Positions 1 to 6,838 of a DNA stretch of 10,947 nucleotides are shown here, one piece after another. Source of the DNA: Thermodesulfobacteriota bacterium (lineage in GTDB: Bacteria > Desulfobacterota > Desulfobulbia > Desulfobulbales > SURF-16); the NCBI GenBank assembly GCA_040755455.1, contig JBFMAY010000068.1, positions 1 to 10,947 on the forward strand, given 5' to 3'. Positions within the stretch are counted from its first letter, which is position 1. Each line of letters opens with the position of its first letter. The notes under the pieces are model-generated. The model saw nothing but the letters and a program-made list of their open reading frames with translations, did not search any database and was not told the DNA's origin. The position numbers and the translations under genes were made by a program.

Positions 1-72
1 GCCTATTTTACCAAGCCTCTTGATCTGAGGGCCTTTGTGAGCAAGATCCTGGACTTTTCAGAGCCTGAGTAA
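1..72 (+). CDS. C-terminal fragment of a receiver (REC) domain protein, 5' partial
   Basis: Frame 1 reads AYFTKPLDLRAFVSKILDFSEPE-stop (TAA 70-72). YFTKP followed by an amphipathic helix is the typical beta5-Lys-Pro-alpha5 end of a REC domain. Not in the ORF track; same strand as the downstream signalling genes. Confidence 0.75.
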   Translation, partial: AYFTKPLDLRAFVSKILDFSEPE

Positions 73-144
73 GAAATTGCGCGGTTTGGTCTTGATTGAG
101 GCTCGCGGATGAATGATCACAGGGCGCGGTTTACGTGAGCAGAG

Positions 145-1512
145 ATGGTTGAGACGGCAAGAGTGAGGAACGGTTTGAAACGGATATTGGTGGCGCCAGG
201 CGAGCTCAAGGTGAGCGCTGACCACTCAATGACCCTGGAGACGCATCTTGGTTCGTGTGTTGGTGTTGCCTTGTATGACCGGAAAGCAACCGTGGGTGGA
301 CTCATCCACATAATGTTGCCCGGCGGCGCCAGAGACAAAGCGGCCACCGCCCCAAGCCGGTATGCCGTTTCGGGCATACCACTGCTCGTTGCCGAGATGG
401 AAAAACTGGGCGCGTCAAAACACAGGATCGCGGCCGCCATAGCTGGCGGGGCCTTAATCCTGACTGACCAAAAGCTCAGTGTAGATATGAATATCGGCAG
501 AAAAAATTCCATCATGGCCAAAGAAGTGCTAAAGGCGCTGGAGATATCCATCATAAGCGAGGATACCGGCGGGAATTTCGCCAGAACCTTCGGCTTGGAT
601 CTCGCCACCGGAAAGACGGAGGTCAAGGCGGCAAATCACCGAAAAGATAAAATTCCTTTTGCCGGTATCCCTGCGGAAATCCGATTAAGCGATCTGAGAC
701 GCAAAATCGATAAATTAAAGCCGGTTTCCGAGATCGCCCGCCAGGTCATTTCAAGAATAGAATACGCCACCTGCGATATCAACGAGCTGGAAAAGATTAT
801 CATGAGAGATCAGGCGCTCACGGCCAATGTCCTGAAAATATGCAACTCCTCCTACTATGGCCTGCAACAACAGATTTCCAGCATCGCGAAAGCGGTTATT
901 TTCCTCGGGTTAAAGACCTTAAAAAACATCGTCCTGACCGCTTGCATATACAGGCTCTATGAAGACACGCTTTGCGGCTATTCAGGAAAAAGAGGGGAGC
1001 TTTACAAACATTCCGTCTGCTGCGCCATCGTGGCCGAACTGATCGCGAAGCAAAAGAACCTCGAAGACCCTAAAGCTGTTTTCACGGCTGGATTGCTTCA
1101 TGACATCGGCAAGGTGATCCTGGATCAATATGTATTTGAAAGATTCAACCTGATTATGGACAAGGTCATTAATGAAAAAAGGTCATTTGTGGCGGCGGAG
1201 AAGGAGTTGCTGGGATACGATCATACCGAGGTGGGAGGCATTGTGGCCGATGACTGGAGGCTGCCGCCGTTTTTAGTCAAGGCGATATCATCTCACCATC
1301 TTCCGGAAGGCGGCGGTGAGTATGCGGAAATTGTCGCGGCAGTCCATATCGCGGACGGCATCTGCTCCATGATCGGGGGGGGCCGCGGGGTGGACGGGCT
1401 GGCAAACCGGATTCATCAGGAAGCCCTGTCAATTATTGATCTGAATGAGGATGATATTGATTGCATTATCGAGCAACTGGCGGAGATTGTGAGCAGGAAG
1501 GAGCTGTTGTAA
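145..1512 (+). CDS. cheD: Fusion of CheD-family glutamine deamidase and HDOD-domain signalling protein
   Basis: aa ~10-160 carry CheD motifs (V.PGE, THLGSCVGV with Cys38, GGLIHIMLP with His55, IAGGA, NIGRKN, EDTGG..ART). aa ~185-455 carry HDOD motifs (DQALTANVLKICNSSYYG, HS, AGLLHDIGK, E..LLGYDHTEVG, W.LP, HH). Confidence 0.9.
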   Translation: MVETARVRNGLKRILVAPGELKVSADHSMTLETHLGSCVGVALYDRKATVGGLIHIMLPGGARDKAATAPSRYAVSGIPLLVAEMEKLGASKHRIAAAIAGGALILTDQKLSVDMNIGRKNSIMAKEVLKALEISIISEDTGGNFARTFGLDLATGKTEVKAANHRKDKIPFAGIPAEIRLSDLRRKIDKLKPVSEIARQVISRIEYATCDINELEKIIMRDQALTANVLKICNSSYYGLQQQISSIAKAVIFLGLKTLKNIVLTACIYRLYEDTLCGYSGKRGELYKHSVCCAIVAELIAKQKNLEDPKAVFTAGLLHDIGKVILDQYVFERFNLIMDKVINEKRSFVAAEKELLGYDHTEVGGIVADDWRLPPFLVKAISSHHLPEGGGEYAEIVAAVHIADGICSMIGGGRGVDGLANRIHQEALSIIDLNEDDIDCIIEQLAEIVSRKELL

Positions 1513-1558
1513 TTCTCGCGTGTTTGCCGCCGGCAACTTGGCTCAGTGTGAAAGAAAA

Positions 1559-2413
1559 ATGGATGAAGAAGACAGGTATTTCAAAATAATTTTACAGATA
1601 ATAAACGCACGGCATGGCCTTGATTTCTCACAATACCAGGAGAACACCATTAAACGGAGGCTGTCCAGAAGACTGGCCGCCACACGAGCCAATGGCTATC
1701 GCGAGTATGTTGCCATTATTGAAAACGATCCTGAAGAATCCAAACGGCTCATAAAGGATTTCACCATAAAAGTAAGCCGGTTTTTCAGGGACCGTCAAGT
1801 CTTTGAATTATTATCCGGGGAAATATTGCCGGACTTGTTCCACTCAAAGAAAAACCGCCATGACAGAGACTTGCGAATATGGTGCGCCGGATGCGCCTTT
1901 GGCGAAGAGGCCTTTTCCATGGCCATCATCCTGGCCGAATATATGGAAAAAACAGGTGAACACATAACCGGCGACAATATCGCCATCTTCGGTTCGGATA
2001 TCGATGATGAGGCCTTGAACAGGGCTGTAAAGGGGGTCTTTAATGCAGAGGCCGTTGTGGAGGTAGGGGAAAAAACCCTTGATACCTACTTCCTCCATGA
2101 TGGAGACAATCATTACCAGGTGATTGACTCCATTAAAGAGATGGTGACTTTCTGCAACCACGATATTACTTCTCAAAGGAGAAGGTCCCCGGCAGCAGGC
2201 GTAGTGGCCAACTATGATCTGATCCTGTGCCGCAACCTTTTGATCTATTTTACCGACCCGCTCCAGCAGCGGGCGTTTTTAAACCTTTTCAATTCCTTGA
2301 ATCCGGGCGGCTATCTGATCCTCGGCAAATCGGAATCAATCCCGCCGGAACTGAAGGATTTTTTTATCATGAAGTATGCAAATATGAAGATTTATCAAAA
2401 GATCCTAAAATAA
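1559..2413 (+). CDS. cheR: CheR-type protein-glutamate O-methyltransferase
   Basis: Motifs GLDFSQY...IKRRL.RR, VSRFFRD, LRIWCAGCAFGEEAFSMAI, IFGSDID, DLILCRNLLIYF, LNPGGYLILGKSES. ATG at 1559 preferred over the GTG at 1520 given in the ORF track; the start is not certain. Confidence 0.93.
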   Translation: MDEEDRYFKIILQIINARHGLDFSQYQENTIKRRLSRRLAATRANGYREYVAIIENDPEESKRLIKDFTIKVSRFFRDRQVFELLSGEILPDLFHSKKNRHDRDLRIWCAGCAFGEEAFSMAIILAEYMEKTGEHITGDNIAIFGSDIDDEALNRAVKGVFNAEAVVEVGEKTLDTYFLHDGDNHYQVIDSIKEMVTFCNHDITSQRRRSPAAGVVANYDLILCRNLLIYFTDPLQQRAFLNLFNSLNPGGYLILGKSESIPPELKDFFIMKYANMKIYQKILK

Positions 2414-2617
2414 GGGACTCGGAAAATACTAATATACCTGGATCGCGCCCCCGGATTTGGGTTAGATTTGGCTGCACCGATTGAGCAAAACCGCAGGCGT
2501 AGCGGGGCTACGTTGAGGATTTTGCGATTGAGGCGCGGCCAAAGACCTCGGTGCCCCCTTGTGGGGTGTGGCCCGAAGACGGGATGCGTGATGGTAAATT
2601 GGTATTTCCCGAGTCCC
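2414..2617. mobile_element. MITE (non-autonomous miniature inverted-repeat element), 204 bp, probably IS5-family related
   Basis: Left TIR 2414-2438 GGGACTCGGAAAATACTAATATACC versus reverse complement of 2593-2617 GGGACTCGGGAAATACCAATTTACC (22/25 identical). Flanked by direct TAA at 2411-2413 and 2618-2620. No transposase; internal stem-loops. Confidence 0.85.
2467..2543. repeat. Nested inverted repeat (long imperfect hairpin) inside the MITE
   Basis: TTTGGCTGCACC(2467-2478)/GGCGCGGCCAAA(2532-2543), GCAAAA(2485-2490)/TTTTGC(2520-2525), CGTAGC(2498-2503)/GCTACG(2507-2512). GATTGA is directly repeated on both sides of the inner stem. Confidence 0.7.
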
Positions 2618-2635
2618 TAAGGAGCAACAGGTGAT

Positions 2636-3307
2636 ATGCGACAACTCAACCATAACGGAGAAGCTCAGGCGCCGAAGGTGCTGCTGGTTGAAGATCATAA
2701 GGATGTTGCCTTTGTGGTGAGCGAAACGCTGCAATACCATCTCGGCTGTGAGGTGATGGCGGCCAGGGATGGTCTCGAGTGTCTGCAAATCGTTCGTGCC
2801 GCCATGCCCGACGTAATCCTGCTTGACATCCATATGCCGGGCATGGACGGGTTTGAGGTCTGCCGCATCCTTAAAGAAGATGAAGCCACCGCCCATATCC
2901 CCATAATTTTTCTCACAGCCAGCTGTCATGAACTGAAAAATAAGATCAGGGGGCTGGAAATCGGGGCGGATGATTATTTAATCCAACCGATTGACAACCT
3001 GGAGCTGATCACCCGAGTCAAGGTTATGCTGAGAATCAAAAAGCTCATTGACAAAGCGCGGATGGGCGGAGAAAAGCCGGAAAATAACCAGGAAGCAAGA
3101 GCGGAGTTGCTGGCCATGGCATCGCATGAATTAAGGACGCCGTTAAATTCCATTCTGGGCTTTTCAGAACTCCTTACCAACGAATTCTATGGGACATTGA
3201 ACCCGAAACAGAAGGAGTTTGTCAATCTTATCCAGGCAAACGGGGAAAAGCTTCTGACACATATAGATGATTTTATTGAAAGATACAGGGGGCTGTATGC
3301 AGATTAG
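2636..3307 (+). CDS. Receiver domain plus HisKA (DHp) domain protein, lacking the HATPase domain
   Basis: REC: VLLVED, PDVILLD(64)IHMPGMDG, IIFLTA, GADDYLIQP. H-box ASH(164)ELRTPLNSILGFSELL, then the second DHp helix and stop. SD-like TAAGGAG at 2618-2624. Confidence 0.88.
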   Translation: MRQLNHNGEAQAPKVLLVEDHKDVAFVVSETLQYHLGCEVMAARDGLECLQIVRAAMPDVILLDIHMPGMDGFEVCRILKEDEATAHIPIIFLTASCHELKNKIRGLEIGADDYLIQPIDNLELITRVKVMLRIKKLIDKARMGGEKPENNQEARAELLAMASHELRTPLNSILGFSELLTNEFYGTLNPKQKEFVNLIQANGEKLLTHIDDFIERYRGLYAD

Positions 3308-3344
3308 ATTCTTACGCTTTTGGCCTGAGAAATTATCCAGCCGA

Positions 3345-3375
3345 TGTGTATTATATTGAAATTATAATCAAAATA
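3345..3375 (+). promoter_or_regulatory. Possible sigma70-type promoter for the large hybrid kinase
   Basis: AT-rich patch in a 120-bp intergenic gap with a perfect TATAAT at 3363-3368; no convincing -35 element. Confidence 0.25.
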
Positions 3376-3427
3376 GCTGCTTTACGAATCCTGGCCAGCT
3401 CTGCGAGGTCAGCTTTATAGGGTAATC

Positions 3428-6400
3428 ATGAAAAATTTAAAATTGAGAACAAGACTGATCATCACTGTAATGGGAATTATTTCATTAATGGTCATTCCTT
3501 TCATGATTGCTGCTCAATATACCTTCAGCAGGGCCTTAATGGAGGAATACCACCAGCGAGCCGCCCTGCTTGCCCGTTATGTCGATGCCCGGCTCATGGA
3601 TTCACTGCTGGCCGGAAACGAAACAGAAGCCGAGCTGACGTTATCAAAAATCAAGGAAGAGGAAAAGGACATCGAGTATGTCTTTATTATCACGCCGGCA
3701 GGCCGGGTCACGGTATCCACCTTTGCCGGAGGCGTGCCTCCCGGACTGCTCAGGGCAAATCAGGCCGACCAAGACCTCCCGTACAGTCTGGAGCATATCA
3801 AAACGGAAAAAGGCGTCATCCTGGACATTGCCATTCCTCTGCGCAAAGGAACATTGGGAACTGCGCGCATCGCGATAAGTGAAGAACATGCACGTCATAA
3901 TGTCGCCCTGCTGATCAAGTCAGTTTCAGCCATTGCTGCCGGCGTCTTGATTGGCGGGGTGATATTGGCCCTGGTGCTTGCCCGGCTCACCACCAGAGGG
4001 GTGGAAAATCTCAGAGAAGTCGCCGACGCCATCAGCAAGGGCGACCTGGAAAAAACCGCGGAAAGCGACACAAAAGACGAGATCGGCCAATTGGCCGCCT
4101 CGTTCAACAGGATGACGGGATTCTTAAGAACCACGCTTTCCGAGTTGAATCAGATCTATAACGGTTCCTTAAGCGCCATGCGCGTGATTGATAAAAACTA
4201 TAATATTATCAGCCAGAACCTGGCCATGGACAACCTCATGGGAAAACCTGCCAAAGAGACGGTGGGGAAAAAATGTTATGAAGTCTTCCCCGGCTCATGC
4301 TGCCATACCGATAATTGCTCTTTAAGAATGATCCTCAGGGGGGGACAGTGGCTCGACAGGGAGGACGAAAGAAAGACCATGGACGGGGCGAGTATACCCT
4401 GCCGGCTCATGGCTACCCCGTTCAAGGACGGCGCCGGGACGCTAAAAGGGATCATTGAGGTCTTTACCGATATAACCGAATCCAAAAAGTTTATCAAGGA
4501 GCTTCAGACCCGGACCAGGAATCTGGAGGAGAGCAACCGCATCCAGGAGGCTTATGGCGCCGTGGTCACCACCTTGAATTCAGGCCTGGAGATGACACCC
4601 CTCTTATGCGAGATAATTGACGAAATAGCCGGCTACATGGACGCCCAGATCGGCGTGATTTATCTGTTCAGTGAAGAAGACAAGCGGCTTAGACCGGCCG
4701 CATCGTACGCCCTTGATAAGGAGGCGATTGAAGAAGGGTTCGGGATCGGCCAGGGCCTCCCGGGACAGGCGGCCGTAACCGGCAAGATGATTCTGGTGGC
4801 GGATGTGCCTGCCGACTATTTCCAAATCGTTTCCGGCGGCGGCCGGCGGCGGCCGGAAAACATCATCTGCCTGCCTATAACTTTTCATGATACGCTCGTG
4901 GGGGTCATGGAATTAGGCAGCATCCATGCGTTTACCGAGGAGAATATCAAGTTTTTGCGGGTAGTCGCCAGCCAGCTCGGCACAGGAATCAACAATGTCA
5001 TTTCTCACCGCAAGGTGGAGGAGTTGGCGGTGGTCCTGCAGGATAAGAATGAACTCCTGTCTTCTCAGAATGAAGAACTGCAGGCCCAGAGCGAGGAATT
5101 GATCGCCCAGAGCGAGGAGTTGCAGGCCCAGGCTGAAGAACTCGAGGCCCAGAAGAGGATGCTGGAAGAAAAAACCAGTCAGGCGCAAGAGGCGGACCGC
5201 TTGAAATCCGAGTTTCTCTCGAACATGTCTCACGAATTACGGACCCCGCTCAATGCCGCCCTGGGAATGACCAGGCTGATGGCTGACGGTGGCGCCGGGC
5301 CGCTCACCGAAAAACAAAAAGGATACCTGGAAATCATCAAGAGAAACGGCGAGAATCTGCTGCAGCTGATAAACGACATCCTGGACCTTTCCAGGATAGA
5401 ATCAGGCAGGGTCGAGATCTCCGCCGGGGTCGTCCATCTCGGAAGATTTATTAACAGCATTGCCGCCTCCATGAAGCCCCTTTTTGATGAGAAAGGATTA
5501 TCCTTGAACATCCATGTTGATGACCATCTCATCCTGCAAAGCGACGCGGACAAGCTCAAGCAGATTCTGGTCAACCTGCTGGGGAATGCGGTCAAGTTTA
5601 CTGAGCGGGGCGGCATCTCGATCGCTGCCAGGGAAGAAACGGATGATGACGGAAAAGAGATGGTAAAAATATGCGTGACGGATACCGGCATAGGCCTGGA
5701 GGAAAAGAATCTGACTTGCATCTTTGACGCCTTCAGACAGATCGATGGTTCCGTCACGAGACGATATGGAGGCACCGGACTTGGCCTCAGCATCTGTTGG
5801 AAACTGAGCCAGTTATTAGGAGGCCGAATAGAAGTTGAGAGTGCGTTCCGCAAAGGGTCCACCTTTACCGTCATCCTGCCGAAGGAGCTGACGATTACCA
5901 AAAGCCCGCAGGTGACGGACTGGAAGGAAAAGGTTAAGGAAGCGCTCCTGGATGATGCCCGGATGCAGCCGAACCAGCTGTACAAAACCATGCAGGTTTC
6001 AAAAGAAATTCTCATCATAGATGATGATCCCATCGTGATAAGAGAATTGAAAGCGCTTCTTAAGGATGAAAAATACTGGCTCCGGTTTGCCTTTAATGGT
6101 CCGGAAGGGCTACAGCGGATTGAGGAGCATACGCCCGACCTTATCCTGCTGGATCTGCAAATGCCCGAAATGGATGGTTTCCAGGTATTGACAGAATTGG
6201 CGGCGGATGAACGGCGGAAAAAAATACCGGTCATCATCCTTACCGCCCTTGACGTGACTAAAGAAGAGAAGAAGCACTTCGGGCAAAATGTCAAAGGGGT
6301 GATCGTTAAGGGAGGGATCGACAAGTCAACCCTCATCAATCAGCTCAACGGTATCTTGGATGGGGAAGGGCCTTTGACGGAGAAAACGCCCCTGCCGTCG

Positions 6401-6790
6401 CCAAGAAAAAGAAAAAAGGCGACCCCGCCTTTTAAGATATTGATTGTCGAAGACAACCCGGACAATATGATCTTGATCAAGGAGACCCTGGAAACCTCGG
6501 GTTATGTCCTCTTTTCCGCTGAAGACGGTGAAAAGGGCGTGGCAGTCGCCCAAAAGGAGCTGCCGGACTTGATCCTCATGGATATCCAGATGCCGGGCAT
6601 GGGAGGCGCCGAAGCAAGCCAAAGGATAAGAAAAATGGCTGCACTGAGGGACGTTCCCATTATCGCCTTGACGGCCAGGGCCATGAAGGGCGAACAGGAG
6701 GCTATTTTGGAGGCGGGTCTGGACGATTATTTGGCAAAGCCTTTCAGCCCCAAGGATTTAATTGATAAAGCGGCCAAATGGTTAGGCTGA
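3428..6790 (+). CDS. Membrane hybrid sensor histidine kinase/response regulator (TM-Cache-like-TM-HAMP-PAS-GAF-coiled coil-HisKA-HATPase-REC-REC)
   Basis: Two hydrophobic segments (aa ~10-32, ~165-187); HAMP DEIGQLAASFNRM; PAS GKKCYE..IIEVFTDITE; GAF GQGLPGQAA..CLPI..LVGVMELG; H-box KSEFLSNMSH(602)ELRTPLN; N/G1/F/G2 boxes (NLLGNAVKFT, DTGIG, IFDAFRQ, GGTGLGL); two REC domains (LLDLQMP, LMDIQMP). Confidence 0.95.
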   Translation: MKNLKLRTRLIITVMGIISLMVIPFMIAAQYTFSRALMEEYHQRAALLARYVDARLMDSLLAGNETEAELTLSKIKEEEKDIEYVFIITPAGRVTVSTFAGGVPPGLLRANQADQDLPYSLEHIKTEKGVILDIAIPLRKGTLGTARIAISEEHARHNVALLIKSVSAIAAGVLIGGVILALVLARLTTRGVENLREVADAISKGDLEKTAESDTKDEIGQLAASFNRMTGFLRTTLSELNQIYNGSLSAMRVIDKNYNIISQNLAMDNLMGKPAKETVGKKCYEVFPGSCCHTDNCSLRMILRGGQWLDREDERKTMDGASIPCRLMATPFKDGAGTLKGIIEVFTDITESKKFIKELQTRTRNLEESNRIQEAYGAVVTTLNSGLEMTPLLCEIIDEIAGYMDAQIGVIYLFSEEDKRLRPAASYALDKEAIEEGFGIGQGLPGQAAVTGKMILVADVPADYFQIVSGGGRRRPENIICLPITFHDTLVGVMELGSIHAFTEENIKFLRVVASQLGTGINNVISHRKVEELAVVLQDKNELLSSQNEELQAQSEELIAQSEELQAQAEELEAQKRMLEEKTSQAQEADRLKSEFLSNMSHELRTPLNAALGMTRLMADGGAGPLTEKQKGYLEIIKRNGENLLQLINDILDLSRIESGRVEISAGVVHLGRFINSIAASMKPLFDEKGLSLNIHVDDHLILQSDADKLKQILVNLLGNAVKFTERGGISIAAREETDDDGKEMVKICVTDTGIGLEEKNLTCIFDAFRQIDGSVTRRYGGTGLGLSICWKLSQLLGGRIEVESAFRKGSTFTVILPKELTITKSPQVTDWKEKVKEALLDDARMQPNQLYKTMQVSKEILIIDDDPIVIRELKALLKDEKYWLRFAFNGPEGLQRIEEHTPDLILLDLQMPEMDGFQVLTELAADERRKKIPVIILTALDVTKEEKKHFGQNVKGVIVKGGIDKSTLINQLNGILDGEGPLTEKTPLPSPRKRKKATPPFKILIVEDNPDNMILIKETLETSGYVLFSAEDGEKGVAVAQKELPDLILMDIQMPGMGGAEASQRIRKMAALRDVPIIALTARAMKGEQEAILEAGLDDYLAKPFSPKDLIDKAAKWLG
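5066..5170 (+). repeat. In-frame 21-bp tandem repeat (4-5 degenerate copies) encoding coiled-coil heptads
   Basis: cagaatgaagaactgcaggcc / cagagcgaggaattgatcgcc / cagagcgaggagttgcaggcc / caggctgaagaactcgaggcc / cagaagaggatgctggaagaa = QNEELQA QSEELIA QSEELQA QAEELEA QKRMLEE. Confidence 0.85.
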
Positions 6791-6838
6791 CCGGACGGCC
6801 TGCAGTTCAACTTTTCAGAAAATGAATGGAGAGTTACG

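Noticed and set aside
117..626. 169-aa minus-strand ORF
   Set aside because: Antisense shadow of the CheD domain; no recognisable motifs.
2227..2929. ORFs 2227..2484(+) and 2462..2929(-) crossing the MITE as possible transposase remnants
   Set aside because: Mostly overlap cheR or the REC gene; no DDE or HTH features.
3321..3347. sigma28-like GCCGAT at 3340-3345
   Set aside because: No TAAA -35 element at the correct spacing and the -10 match is partial.
3308..3427. Frameshifted HATPase continuation of the REC-HisKA gene
   Set aside because: Only 120 bp, AT-rich, with no N, G1 or G2 box recognisable.
5066..5170. Tandem repeat as a CRISPR array
   Set aside because: No spacers, in-frame 21-bp period with synonymous variation; it is coding coiled coil.
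4913..6339. Minus-strand ORFs of 106 aa and 369 aa
   Set aside because: Antisense to the well-supported hybrid kinase; repeats in the 106-aa ORF only mirror the heptad repeat.
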